A stretch of 64,000 nt of DNA from an archaeon (GTDB lineage: Archaea > Nanobdellota > Nanobdellia > Pacearchaeales > JAPDKA01). The stretch is from NCBI GenBank assembly GCA_029258825.1, contig JAPDKA010000001.1:101797-165796 (forward strand), written 5' to 3'. The notes under the pieces are model-generated. The model saw nothing but the letters and a program-made list of their open reading frames with translations, was not told the origin of the DNA and made no database searches. Below, in pieces: positions 18,327 to 28,395 of this stretch (position 1 is the first letter of the stretch; the number at the start of each line of letters is the position of its first letter). Both the position numbers and the translations under genes were made by a program.

Positions 18327-18770
18327 TTATGCAGCAGCTCTGCGCAATTCTGCATCAATTTTTTCTATTTCATTGACCAATGCTTCAGCTTGCTTTGCTA
18401 TTTCGTTGCGAACTGCAATAAGCTCTTCTATCTTTTTACCGATAAATTGTTGGGCTTCAGGAATGGTCTTTTTTACTACAACATTCTTGCCGACGTCGAC
18501 CCAAACTTGTTTATTATCTAGAAGTTTTGTATTAATAAAAATAGCTTCATCGAAACTAGCAAGCATGTTTGTTAGAGGTTTTGTTTTGGCTAGCTCTTCA
18601 AGATGTAAAATAATAAGTTGCATCTTGCTTATGCGTTCATCGACAAGTTGTAGCTGCTGTTCAAGTTGCCTTAACTGTTCGTCAAGTAATTGCAATTGAA
18701 TTGCTTTCTGTTGTATTTCAGCTTGAGTTAGCTTTTTCTGCTGTTCTTTTTTTTCTTTTTTTTCACTCAT
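18327..18770 (-). CDS. pfdA: Prefoldin subunit alpha
   Basis: Coiled coil, beta hairpins (VWVDVGKNVVVKKTIPEA), coiled coil. Confidence 0.85.
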   Translation of the reverse strand: MSEKKEKKEQQKKLTQAEIQQKAIQLQLLDEQLRQLEQQLQLVDERISKMQLIILHLEELAKTKPLTNMLASFDEAIFINTKLLDNKQVWVDVGKNVVVKKTIPEAQQFIGKKIEELIAVRNEIAKQAEALVNEIEKIDAELRRAAA

Positions 18771-19138
18771 TTGTCTTGCTTAGTTTTACTTTTTTGTTTT
18801 GCTTGTTTTTGCATTTGTTGTTTCTTTTCTTTTGCTTGCTCTTGCTTTTTTGCTTGCTTTTTCTTGCCAAATCTTTCAGTTAAGCTTTGTTGTTGCTTAA
18901 TAACAAAACCATGCTGCTGCAACAATTTCTTTATTTCTTCTTTACTTTTGCTTTTCAAATTTTTCACGCTTAAAACAACATCGCTAGGCTTTAAATGCTT
19001 AATATTGCATTTTCTTCGTTTCACTTCGCCATCAACAATAACAAACTTATCATCGACTACATCAACCACTACAGCAAGCATGCCTTTTTCCTTTCCCGCA
19101 GTTTTCACGCATACCCGTCCTATATCGAACACTTTCAT
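18767..19138 (-). CDS. rpl14e: Ribosomal protein L14e with K/Q-rich tail
   Basis: DIGRVCVKTAGKEKG..VVVDVVDDKFVIVDGEVKRRKCNIKHL. Confidence 0.92.
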   Translation of the reverse strand: MKVFDIGRVCVKTAGKEKGMLAVVVDVVDDKFVIVDGEVKRRKCNIKHLKPSDVVLSVKNLKSKSKEEIKKLLQQHGFVIKQQQSLTERFGKKKQAKKQEQAKEKKQQMQKQAKQKSKTKQDK

Positions 19139-19227
19139 AGTCTTTGCTATGTAGCATGCATTTTTAAATATTATCGTTTTGGTAAGAAATGAAAATTTTT
19201 TAAAATATTTTATAAATTTTAAAACCG

Positions 19228-19520
19228 ATGACTATAGATTATATAAAGCTGTACCAAGAAATATTCGGAATATTAGCCTTTATCCTTGGATGTATTTTTA
19301 TCATCTTTTCATTAAAGGGAAATAAAGAGGTCAGTTATAATTTTTTTTAGCTACTATGGCAGGGATCGCTGGGGGATTAACGGTAAAAATAGCAACAGAT
19401 TTCAATGATCAATTTTTAGTAGGGGTTTCTTTAATCATTTTTACGATAGGAGCAATAGCATGTTTAACTATATGGATATTAACAGCTATCAAAAGACAAA
19501 ATCGGTCTAATGCACTCTAA
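19228..19520 (+). pseudogene. Small three-TM membrane protein, frameshifted in a T8 run
   Basis: MTIDYIKLYQEIFGILAFILGCIFIIFSLKGNKEVSYNFF / LATMAGIAGGLTVKIA..LIIFTIGAIACLTIWILTAIKR; one extra nt at 19341-19348 joins the halves. Confidence 0.6.
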
Positions 19521-19983
19521 ACAATTTTCTTAAGATCATGCTAAAAATAATGCTGAATAAAATATAACAGAAAAGCCATCCACCACCAGTACCAACTATA
19601 GGTAAGTTTACATTCCAACTTATTATATTGCCTATGCCTGCCTGAGTATATGTGTGCTTTAACCAATAAAACACAATGATTAAAGGTAAAAAAGTCACAA
19701 TCATTGGTTTGAAATTTTCTTTCATACTTTCATGCATCAGTTCAAGCATTTCTTCCTGCAATTGTTTTAGCTGCTCTGTGTCTTTTGTGTGTTTTAATTC
19801 TTGTTGCAATTCCTTTTGTCTTTGCTTTATTTCTTTTAGCTTTGACTGATTTGTCATTTTTTTATAAATTAAAATCTGGAATAGTGTAACAAAAAAAGAG
19901 ATAACTAGTATGGCAGCCAAACCAGCAGGCCAACCAAACGGTCTTGCAGTAATAAAATCAGCTAAACTAAAACTGGTTAGCAT
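19507..19983 (-). CDS. EMC3/TMCO1 (DUF106) family membrane insertase
   Basis: TM, coiled coil, MKENFKPMIVTFLPLI, GWLFCYILFSIIFSMILRK. Confidence 0.88.
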   Translation of the reverse strand: MLTSFSLADFITARPFGWPAGLAAILVISFFVTLFQILIYKKMTNQSKLKEIKQRQKELQQELKHTKDTEQLKQLQEEMLELMHESMKENFKPMIVTFLPLIIVFYWLKHTYTQAGIGNIISWNVNLPIVGTGGGWLFCYILFSIIFSMILRKLFRVH

Positions 19984-20118
19984 AGCATTTTACATTGTTA
20001 AAAGGTTTTTAAATGTTTTTGAAATTCTTTGAACAACTTTGAAAAATTTTAGATTTGTGGTGCGGTTTCTAGTAGCGAATGGTCTATAGTTTCATTAACC
20101 ATATACAAGTAGTAACAA

Positions 20119-20134
20119 CCGAAAGATTTAAATA
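20119..20134 (+). promoter_or_regulatory. Archaeal BRE-TATA promoter
   Basis: ccgaaagatttaaata, ending 23 nt before ATG 20157. Confidence 0.7.
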
Positions 20135-20156
20135 CCCTTTATTACTTAATATAATT

Positions 20157-20900
20157 ATGAGTGATACAAACAAATTGTTAGTGTTAAACGAAAGAGAGAA
20201 ATTTCCAAGAGATAGATTCCTACTTAGAAGAATATATGGGGGAAAGGGCATACTACGATATATATTCGAATCAGAACCGATAATAGAAGAAGGTGATTTA
20301 AGACAGGTATATAAAAGTAAATATGGAAAAATACCTGAAATTTTAAATGAAGAAGCATTCACGGTAAGATCAGATGAAAAAAGTCAAGCTCTAAAAGATG
20401 ATATGGAACTAAGAAGGGGATTAAACATAATTTTGTCAAGACTTGAAAATATAAAAGGATTTTATATTATTGTAAATATCGATCCTACTTACCTCCCAGG
20501 AATAGCTGAAATGTTAGTTGGCCATGGAATTGATTGCAGCTTTGTTATTCCAGAACAGATTCATAATAGATTGATTCACGATAGATTCCACGAGACACTA
20601 AAGTATTGGTCAAAAGATTTTAATACTAAAAAGCAAAAGTTACAAAAACCGGTAGGATATGCAACTTTAATCGATTGTCATCGTAGATATAAATTAAGCA
20701 ATTCTTATTTCCCAACTCCCAAACAACTAAAAGAATTGGGAATAAATAAAATCATATATTTAATAGAAGCCCCTGTAGGTAAATTATTTAACACCTCTCC
20801 AAAAGAAGATTTAGAAGATTTAATAAAAAAATATCAAAAAGAGGGGTTTAAAATCGAAACATATGGGATTGATTGTAGGAAGGGTTTCAAGAAATTTTAA
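20157..20900 (+). CDS. Hypothetical alpha/beta protein
   Basis: Start reassigned to the ATG after the promoter; TLIDCHR..FPTPKQLKELGINKIIY; function unknown. Confidence 0.7.
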   Translation: MSDTNKLLVLNEREKFPRDRFLLRRIYGGKGILRYIFESEPIIEEGDLRQVYKSKYGKIPEILNEEAFTVRSDEKSQALKDDMELRRGLNIILSRLENIKGFYIIVNIDPTYLPGIAEMLVGHGIDCSFVIPEQIHNRLIHDRFHETLKYWSKDFNTKKQKLQKPVGYATLIDCHRRYKLSNSYFPTPKQLKELGINKIIYLIEAPVGKLFNTSPKEDLEDLIKKYQKEGFKIETYGIDCRKGFKKF

Positions 20901-20936
20901 TTTTTGTTGTTTGCTAATTAAAAACTTTGACTTTCT

Positions 20937-22103
20937 TTAACTAGTTACATGCAAACTTAAAACTAGCAACAATGAAGCAACAAATGCAACAACTGCTGCA
21001 TACACGAACGGAACAAGGACATTGATTTTCCATAGCAAACCTGCAATTATATTGCCCAACAAAGTACATAAACCTACAACTGCATGAAATATGCCCAAGC
21101 TAGTTCCTTTCAATGCTGCAAGATCAGCAATGAGTGCACGTTGATTAGCATTAACAATAGCATAAGATAAACCATAAGAACTAAACAATAAAATGAATGC
21201 TGGAATAGAAGTAAAAAAAGCAAATCCTAAAGCAGTAATTGCAAACAATAAATAACCAATAGCAAGTATTTTTATTTTTCCAACTTTATCAGAGAGCTTA
21301 CCGAAAGGAACAGCAAAAGAAGCATAAAAAATATTAAACAAAACATACAACATCATTGCAGCGATAGTTGCTTTTTCTTGTGTAAACAAACCTGAGTAAT
21401 TGACTTTAAGCAGAAAAAACATATAACTGAAGTTTGATAAAGCAAACAAAGCAGCAATGGCTATAAACAATTTTAGTTTTTTTGGCATTTGTTTTAAGCT
21501 AGCTGTAAACTTTACTGGTTTTCGTTTTGGTTTGGTTGGAATAACAAACAGTAACGGAAACAAAGATAAGCTTGCTATACATGCTGCAATAAGGATGATT
21601 GCTCTAATATTGAAATGCAACAACGAGAATAACAACAAAGCAAGAAGACTTCCTACAATAGCTCCTGCTGTGTCAAACGCTCTATGCAATCCAAAACTTT
21701 TTCCTGTTTTTGATGTAGACTCTGCAATTATAGCATCTCTAGGTGCAGTCCTCAATCCTTTGCCAACTCTGTCAAGTGTAACAAACATGGCAGCATGACT
21801 CCATGCTTTTGACAAAGAAAGTAAAAACTTTGATAATGTTGAAGTTGCATAGCCATTGAAAACAAAAAGTTTTCTATTTTTGAGTTTATCAGACCAATAA
21901 CCAGAAATAACTTGTACAAGACTTGTCATTGAGTCGCGTAAACCACCAATTAAGCCAACAGCAATGCTTCCACCTCCTAAAGCAAGTATAAATGTTGGCA
22001 ACACTGGCGCTATCATTTCGCTACCCACATCATTAAGAAAACTAACAATACCAAGAAGCAAAATGTTAACACCCAAACCTGACGCTAGCCTCTTTTTTAG
22101 CAT
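20937..22103 (-). CDS. MFS transporter
   Basis: About 12 TM segments, GYWSDKLKNRK, DRVGKGLRTAPRDA, GKLSDKVGK. Confidence 0.93.
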   Translation of the reverse strand: MLKKRLASGLGVNILLLGIVSFLNDVGSEMIAPVLPTFILALGGGSIAVGLIGGLRDSMTSLVQVISGYWSDKLKNRKLFVFNGYATSTLSKFLLSLSKAWSHAAMFVTLDRVGKGLRTAPRDAIIAESTSKTGKSFGLHRAFDTAGAIVGSLLALLLFSLLHFNIRAIILIAACIASLSLFPLLFVIPTKPKRKPVKFTASLKQMPKKLKLFIAIAALFALSNFSYMFFLLKVNYSGLFTQEKATIAAMMLYVLFNIFYASFAVPFGKLSDKVGKIKILAIGYLLFAITALGFAFFTSIPAFILLFSSYGLSYAIVNANQRALIADLAALKGTSLGIFHAVVGLCTLLGNIIAGLLWKINVLVPFVYAAVVAFVASLLLVLSLHVTS

Positions 22104-22198
22104 TAACTAAAAAACAAAAAGCATGCTTTTAATTTTTACCATTCAAGAAAAATGCTGATATCGTAACATTTTTAAAGCAGTTCAACGCAAGCAGTAGT

Positions 22199-22621
22199 AT
22201 GGGAATAAAAAATGCAATAAAGTTGATGAAACGAAGAAAAAAATTTAGATGGAATGATTTCAAGTTTAGACAGAGGGCTCTCAAATTGCGTGAAAAAGCT
22301 GACCCTCTTGAAGGTGCACATCAAGCTAGAGGTATAGTGCTAGAGAAAGTGCAAATAGAAGCAAAACAGCCAAACTCTGCAATGCGTAAATGTGTAAAAG
22401 TACAATTGCTAAAAAATGGCAAGCAAGTAACTGCATTCGTGCCAGGCAATAACGCAATTAAATTTATTGATGAACATGATGAAGTTATTATTGAACGTAT
22501 TGGCGGCAAGCAAGGCCGTGCTAAAGGAGATATACCAGGTGTTAGATTTAAAGTAATAAAAGTTAATGATCAATCTCTCGAAATGCTTGTCCGTGGCAGA
22601 ATAGAAAAAGGTAGAAGATAG
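22199..22621 (+). CDS. rps12: Ribosomal protein S12 (uS12)
   Basis: [23 protein letters not shown]. Confidence 0.97.
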   Translation: MGIKNAIKLMKRRKKFRWNDFKFRQRALKLREKADPLEGAHQARGIVLEKVQIEAKQPNSAMRKCVKVQLLKNGKQVTAFVPGNNAIKFIDEHDEVIIERIGGKQGRAKGDIPGVRFKVIKVNDQSLEMLVRGRIEKGRR

Positions 22622-22628
22622 TGCTAAA

Positions 22629-23234
22629 ATGGAAAAAGCAATAAACTTTAAGATTTTTGGCAAATGGGATGTAAGCAATATTGAAATTCATGACATCGGC
22701 CTAAAACGTTATATATGCTTAAAACCAATGCTGATGCCAAAAACCTATGGTAGAGCTAGACAAAGGTTTAGTAAAGCAAATGTTAACATTGTTGAAAGAT
22801 TGATAAACATGTTGCAAGTGCCTGGGCACAGGGGAAAAAAGCATAAGATAATGACTCATTGGGCAACAGGAAAGTTTAACAAAAAAGCAAAAGCTGTAAT
22901 CGAATGTTTCAAAATTATTGAGGAAAGAACTAAACAAAACCCTATACAAGTTCTTATCAATGCAATAGAGAATGCTGCTCCACATGACGAAATCACAACC
23001 ATAGAGTATGGTGGTGCAAGATATCCACAAGCTGTAGATACGTCACCACAAAGAAGGTTAAGCATAGCTTTACGCAACATAGTGCATGGCGCTTATGATA
23101 AATGCTTCGATAAAGCAAAAAGCTTACCAGAAGCACTTGCCGATGAAATAATAGCAGCAGCAAACAACTCTAACGAAAGTTTTGCAATAACAAAGAAGAT
23201 TGAAATTGAAAAACAAGCTGATTCGGCGAGGTAA
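22629..23234 (+). CDS. rps7: Ribosomal protein S7 (uS7)
   Basis: NPIQVLINAIENAAP, YGGARYPQAVDTSPQRR. Confidence 0.97.
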   Translation: MEKAINFKIFGKWDVSNIEIHDIGLKRYICLKPMLMPKTYGRARQRFSKANVNIVERLINMLQVPGHRGKKHKIMTHWATGKFNKKAKAVIECFKIIEERTKQNPIQVLINAIENAAPHDEITTIEYGGARYPQAVDTSPQRRLSIALRNIVHGAYDKCFDKAKSLPEALADEIIAAANNSNESFAITKKIEIEKQADSAR

Positions 23235-23243
23235 AACAAAATA

Positions 23244-23732
23244 TTAATTAATTTTTTCTTCTAAATCACTTCTATCTTTTATAAATTTAATTTTTAAAAT
23301 GTCTACTCTTTCCTCACATGAATCAAAATGAACAAATTCATTAATAGTTTCTAGATAAATACTGCCTAAGATATTGAATGCATAATACTTTATACTTTCC
23401 AATACTTTACCATCATTTTTGTATATTAAATATACAAATCGGTTTTCTTTAGATCTTTTTAGACTATCTATTTCAGAAAAAGGAATTGGAACTTTAACTC
23501 CATTTATACATGCTTTTATATGCTTATGAAGCTTTTTTCCTCTTATTACTAAGCTATCTATAATAGCTGTATGCTCTTTGTGATCTTTATAAGAATAATA
23601 AGTTACTTCTGCTACGTACTCTAACCCTACTTCTCTCTCTTTAGAACAACCAATAGGCCTAGAATATTTTGGTAGATAAGCCGAAAACAGGAAAAAAGGC
23701 ACAACACAAAGCAAATTAAGTAATTTTTTCAT
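23244..23732 (-). CDS. Hypothetical secreted protein
   Basis: Signal-like MKKLLNLLCVVPFFLFSA; codon usage differs from flanking genes. Confidence 0.6.
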   Translation of the reverse strand: MKKLLNLLCVVPFFLFSAYLPKYSRPIGCSKEREVGLEYVAEVTYYSYKDHKEHTAIIDSLVIRGKKLHKHIKACINGVKVPIPFSEIDSLKRSKENRFVYLIYKNDGKVLESIKYYAFNILGSIYLETINEFVHFDSCEERVDILKIKFIKDRSDLEEKIN

Positions 23733-23822
23733 TGTTTGATTCAATTTACAAATTTATTTAAAAGATACAAACTCTCCGAAGGAGAGAATATATTTAAAAA
23801 AAGATAAGAAATACGCATCAAC

Positions 23823-24707
23823 ATGAAAATGAAACAAATCTTATTATGGTTAATATCCCCACTAATTATTTATCCATATTGGACAACACCTAATTATGCA
23901 TTTTATGATTTTCTAAAAAGTTGCAAAGAAAAAGATATAAGAAGTTGGTATAAAGTACAAATACCAGTACATTATTACAATTTTCTGGATAACTTAGACA
24001 TATTTCTAACGGAGAACGATAAAAAATTCATACTAAAAACAATGGAAGAGACCGTCCAAAGTGAAGTAAAAGTACTAAACAGCGTTACAGATTTTTGTGG
24101 AATGGGACTATTAGAAGTAAAATTTGATAATGAAAAAACATACATATTATGTTATAAGGATGTAAATGGGTGGCATCTAAATTTTGAGGATGAAGGTGAG
24201 ACTGTAATTAATTTTTATGTTTGGATGAAAGCAAATAAAATATTATATGAAGCGTATAAATATTATGAAACAAAGGGATACTGGCCTAATAGTATAGACA
24301 AAATAATCTATATGGAATGTGAAAAAATAGATATGGTTAAAAGTTTTGAAAATAATAAAATAGAATACATTGAAACTGGTATAAATAACGAAAAATTTTG
24401 GGTAAAATGTTCAAAAATTAGAGATTTTCCTCACTACCAAGAAATAAAAATAGATGCTAAAGAACCTTATACAGTAATAGTAACTTTATTTTCTAAAAAC
24501 CCTAATCTTGAAGAAGATAAGAGATACCTAAAAGAGCAAGGATTTGAAGTAGAATATGTCACATTATATGATAGTGGAGGGGCTCCTTACAAGATTTTTA
24601 TAGCAAATAAAGAATTACCTCAAAGATCTGCACTTAAAGTATGGAAAGAACTTAAAAGAAATAACTTCGTTGTTATGTTTGCGCCTTCAGAAATGATTAT
24701 TAAGTAG
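23823..24707 (+). CDS. Secreted protein with C-terminal SPOR-like domain
   Basis: YTVIVTLFSKNPNLEEDKRYLKEQGFEVEYV..GGAPYKIFIA..QRSALKVWKELKRNNF follows the SPOR beta-alpha-beta-beta-alpha-beta pattern (by eye). Confidence 0.55.
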   Translation: MKMKQILLWLISPLIIYPYWTTPNYAFYDFLKSCKEKDIRSWYKVQIPVHYYNFLDNLDIFLTENDKKFILKTMEETVQSEVKVLNSVTDFCGMGLLEVKFDNEKTYILCYKDVNGWHLNFEDEGETVINFYVWMKANKILYEAYKYYETKGYWPNSIDKIIYMECEKIDMVKSFENNKIEYIETGINNEKFWVKCSKIRDFPHYQEIKIDAKEPYTVIVTLFSKNPNLEEDKRYLKEQGFEVEYVTLYDSGGAPYKIFIANKELPQRSALKVWKELKRNNFVVMFAPSEMIIK

Positions 24708-24740
24708 ATTTTACTAGTTAACAGAAAATTAAGATAAATG

Positions 24741-24756
24741 CCGAAAACTTTATAAA
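24741..24756 (+). promoter_or_regulatory. BRE-TATA promoter of tuf
   Basis: ccgaaaactttataaa. Confidence 0.7.
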
Positions 24757-24842
24757 GCAAAGTCGTTAAGGTTTACTGATTTTATTAAAGCATTTATTAT
24801 GCTTTCATGCTAATTTAAATTAAATTTTTTATTAAGTTAAAA

Positions 24843-26129
24843 ATGGCTGGTGAAAAACCAAACTTAAATGTAGTGTTTGTCGGTCATGTAGATCATGGAA
24901 AGTCAACAACAGTAGGCAGATTACTATTCGAAGCTGGTGCTTTCAGTGAACAAGAACTGAGGAAAATGCAGGAAATAGCAGAAAAGTTAGGTAAGAAGGG
25001 TTTTGAATTTGCATTCGTTATGGACAGATTAAAAGAAGAACGTGAACGTGGTCTAACAATCGACCTAGCTTACAAAAAGATCGTAACAAAGAAATACCAA
25101 ATAACAATTATTGACGCACCAGGTCACAGGGACTTCGTTAAGAACATGATTACTGGTGCAAGCCAGGCAGATGCCGCATTCCTTGTTGTGGCTGCACCAG
25201 AAGGAGTGATGGCACAAACACAAGAGCATGTGTTTTTGTGTAGAACTATGGGTGTAGGACAAATGGCAGTATTAATCAATAAAATGGACATGGTGAACTA
25301 TGATCAGAAAAAGTTTGAAGAAGTAAAAGAACAAGTGTCTAAACTTTTGCAGTCTGCTGGATACAAGCTTGACAAAATTAACTTTATACCTATCTCAGCT
25401 TATAACGGTGACAACGTAGTAAAGAAAAGCGATAAGATGCCATGGTACAATGGACCAACAGTACTAGAGCAGTTTGACTTGTTTGAAGAACCACCAAAAC
25501 CAGTTGACATGCCATTAAGAATGCCTATCCAAGATGTTTACGCAATTACTGGTGTCGGTACAGTACCAGTAGGTAAGATATTAACAGGAAGAATGAAACC
25601 TGGTGACAAAGTAATAATATTGCCAGCAAGAACAGGAAAAGGAATTACTGGTGAAGTTAAGAGCATAGAAATGCACCACGAACAATTGCAAGAAGCAGTG
25701 GCTGGTGATAATGTTGGAGTAAACATAAGAGGTGTCGGCAAGCAAGACATTGAGCGTGGAGATGTTATTGCACATGTTGACAATCCACCAACAGTAGCTG
25801 AAGAATTTACAGCCCAAATAGCAGTAATAAATCATCCAACTGTAATAGCTGCAGGATATACACCTGTGTTCCACGTACACACAGCGCAAGTGCCTTGTAA
25901 GTTCGTTGAACTAGTGAAAAAGATTGATCCAAAAACAGGCCAGGTAGTGCAAGAAAATCCTGACTATTTGAAGAACGGTGATGTAGCAATAGTAAAGATA
26001 AAGCCATTGAAGCCTCTTGTAATAGAAGCACAAAACGTCAACCCACACATGTCAAGATTTGCAGTAAGAGACGCTGGCAGAACAGTTGCAGCAGGTGTAT
26101 GCATTGAAGTAAAAGCAAAACAAATTTAA
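24843..26129 (+). CDS. tuf: Elongation factor EF-1alpha
   Basis: [37 protein letters not shown]. Confidence 0.98.
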   Translation: MAGEKPNLNVVFVGHVDHGKSTTVGRLLFEAGAFSEQELRKMQEIAEKLGKKGFEFAFVMDRLKEERERGLTIDLAYKKIVTKKYQITIIDAPGHRDFVKNMITGASQADAAFLVVAAPEGVMAQTQEHVFLCRTMGVGQMAVLINKMDMVNYDQKKFEEVKEQVSKLLQSAGYKLDKINFIPISAYNGDNVVKKSDKMPWYNGPTVLEQFDLFEEPPKPVDMPLRMPIQDVYAITGVGTVPVGKILTGRMKPGDKVIILPARTGKGITGEVKSIEMHHEQLQEAVAGDNVGVNIRGVGKQDIERGDVIAHVDNPPTVAEEFTAQIAVINHPTVIAAGYTPVFHVHTAQVPCKFVELVKKIDPKTGQVVQENPDYLKNGDVAIVKIKPLKPLVIEAQNVNPHMSRFAVRDAGRTVAAGVCIEVKAKQI

Positions 26130-26226
26130 TTTTTTATTTTATTTTGCTATTGTTTTTGTTTTGTTTTTTCTTTTTTATTTTTCAAATATCCAAAAATTTT
26201 TATAGGAAAAAAGTTATTAAATAAAG

Positions 26227-27021
26227 ATGTCAAACCTTCTTATATCGACACATGTAAAAATAATACAGAACATTGATAATAAACAGATTATAGTTTGTGG
26301 TGATCTTCATGGCGACTATGAAAGTTTTAATAAAGTTATAAAAAAATTCAAAACAAAAAATAATATCTTAGTATTTCTAGGAGATTACGCAGATAGAGGA
26401 AAAAACGGAATAGAAATAATAACAGAACTACTTGAACTTATGAATAAACACAAAAACATAATTCCTATACAAGGGAATCATGAAGGATTCTATTCTGATG
26501 GGCAACCATCTTTTTACCCTTGTGATCTAATTAATGAAGCAAATAGAAAGACCGGAAGCTGGAAACAATTTTTTGAATCAGTTATGAGACAATTTATAAA
26601 AAAGTTATACATTGCGGCAATGATACCAGGTCAAATATTGCTTGTTCACGGAGGGATACATGAAAAAATAAAAAGTATAAAAGATTTAAAGAATAAAAAA
26701 ATTGCAAGATATGTTTTATGGTCAGATCCAGACACAAAGGCATTTATAGGTAGACCATCATTTGACATCAATACAACAAAAGAAGTATGTAAAAACTTAG
26801 ATATAAAACTAGTTATAAGAGGACATCAACCCCGCCTAGCAAAAGTTAAACCATATTTCTGCCACGATAAACGTATTTTAACAATACATACATGCCAACT
26901 ATATGGTAGGCCTCATGTACTGATAATCAAACAAAACACAAATAAAAAAAGGAACAAACAATTAAAAATAAATGTATGTTATCTTGATAATTTCAAAAAA
27001 GAAAAATTGATAACTATATAG
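26227..27021 (+). CDS. PPP-family Ser/Thr protein phosphatase
   Basis: GDLHG, GDYADRG, GNHE, VHGG, WSDP, RGHQ. Confidence 0.9.
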   Translation: MSNLLISTHVKIIQNIDNKQIIVCGDLHGDYESFNKVIKKFKTKNNILVFLGDYADRGKNGIEIITELLELMNKHKNIIPIQGNHEGFYSDGQPSFYPCDLINEANRKTGSWKQFFESVMRQFIKKLYIAAMIPGQILLVHGGIHEKIKSIKDLKNKKIARYVLWSDPDTKAFIGRPSFDINTTKEVCKNLDIKLVIRGHQPRLAKVKPYFCHDKRILTIHTCQLYGRPHVLIIKQNTNKKRNKQLKINVCYLDNFKKEKLITI

Positions 27022-27023
27022 AA

Positions 27024-27332
27024 TCATTCAACCATCTCGATTTCAATGTTAACTTCTCTTGGAATAGGCAAGCGGATTATGGCATGTAGTAATTTTTCAT
27101 CCACTGGTAAATCAATTATACGTTTATGTATGCGCATCTCAAACCTGTCGTATGTTTCTGTTCCATCGCCACAAGGGCTCTTGCGCGTTACAATTCTAAG
27201 TTTTTGTGTCGGCAAAGGAATTGGGCCTCTAATCACTGCACCATGTTTTTTTGCTAGGTCTGTTATAAGACCTACTAACTCATTCAACTTATTTATGTTA
27301 ATGCTCTGCAACTTTATTCTTGCTTTTGGCAT
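27024..27332 (-). CDS. rps10: Ribosomal protein S10 (uS10)
   Basis: RGPIPLPT, RKSPCGDGTETYDRFEMRIHKR. Confidence 0.97.
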   Translation of the reverse strand: MPKARIKLQSININKLNELVGLITDLAKKHGAVIRGPIPLPTQKLRIVTRKSPCGDGTETYDRFEMRIHKRIIDLPVDEKLLHAIIRLPIPREVNIEIEMVE

Positions 27333-27485
27333 GGTATAACAAGTAAAATCATGCCTTAAAAACCTTGCGGTTACGCTAAATCAATGCTAAATCAATCAAA
27401 TAAAGAATCAATCAAAACAAAAACCAACAAAAATAGCAACAAAGAAGAAATAACTCAAAAAGAAATTAAGAAATAAATAATAAAA

Positions 27486-28022
27486 TTATTTTTTCAATTC
27501 AACATTAATTGTAGTACTGCAGGGCAATTTAGATTTTACGCTTTGTAATATTTTTCTTACAGTATCGACATATTGTTTGTTTGTTGCTATTAAGAAAATA
27601 CTTTTGCCTGCCTTAACACGGGCAGCGTTTCCTACTGGAGTACCAAAGCTTAACTGCATACCTGTCTGCAATCTGTCTGCTCCAGCACCAGTAAGCATTT
27701 TGTTTTCCCTTAACACGTGATGAGGGTAAACAACGATAGAAAAGTAATAATTAGCCTTTCCAACCTTTTTGTCAAGTTCTCTGTTAATCTGCCTTCTTGC
27801 AGCTTCAATAGCATTATCACGAATGTTAACATTTTCCTTGCTTACAAGAGTTATAGCAACATCGAATGCGTTAGATTGATATTTCCTAGCATCACCCATC
27901 ACAAACTTCTGTATTCGCAACGGTGGTATTGTCTTAATATAACTTTTGCTTTTCACTTTACTCTTTCTTGTGTAGGCTCTTTTTTCATGTTTGCTCCATG
28001 CTGATGCTTTTTTTATTGTCAT
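27486..28022 (-). CDS. rpl10e: Ribosomal protein L10e (uL16)
   Basis: YPHHVLRENKMLTGAGADRLQTGM. Confidence 0.95.
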   Translation of the reverse strand: MTIKKASAWSKHEKRAYTRKSKVKSKSYIKTIPPLRIQKFVMGDARKYQSNAFDVAITLVSKENVNIRDNAIEAARRQINRELDKKVGKANYYFSIVVYPHHVLRENKMLTGAGADRLQTGMQLSFGTPVGNAARVKAGKSIFLIATNKQYVDTVRKILQSVKSKLPCSTTINVELKK

Positions 28023-28048
28023 TTTAACCAAACGTTAATTTTAGTTAC

Positions 28049-28327
28049 TTATTCAACAATACTAACGCGTGTAGCAATAGCTTGTCCTGGCAAACCTTTC
28101 TCAAATAATGCTCTGACGCAACCTTTGTTTCCATGCAATGCTGTTATCTTTCCTTTTATTGTTTTCTGTTTTTTACCTTTTGTTTGCCATATTACTGTTT
28201 TCCCTATAAACTTCTCTGCATCTTTCTTTGACGCAACACCTTCTATGACTAAAATATACTGTCTAGGCGTGTATGTATGCTTGCCGCGACGAAAATTAGC
28301 AATGATTGCTTTAGCTATCTCTTTCAT
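28049..28327 (-). CDS. rpl35ae: Ribosomal protein L35Ae
   Basis: GKITALHGNKGCVRALFEKGLPGQAI. Confidence 0.93.
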   Translation of the reverse strand: MKEIAKAIIANFRRGKHTYTPRQYILVIEGVASKKDAEKFIGKTVIWQTKGKKQKTIKGKITALHGNKGCVRALFEKGLPGQAIATRVSIVE

Positions 28328-28395
28328 GCTAAAATTCAAAAGAAGCACATTTTTAAACGTTTCTGTTTCAAAAATAACCAGACGATAAGCAATAA

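Noticed and set aside
20054-20090. Slightly GC-rich patch as a tRNA remnant or small RNA
   Set aside because: No convincing stem and no match to the tRNAs in the window.
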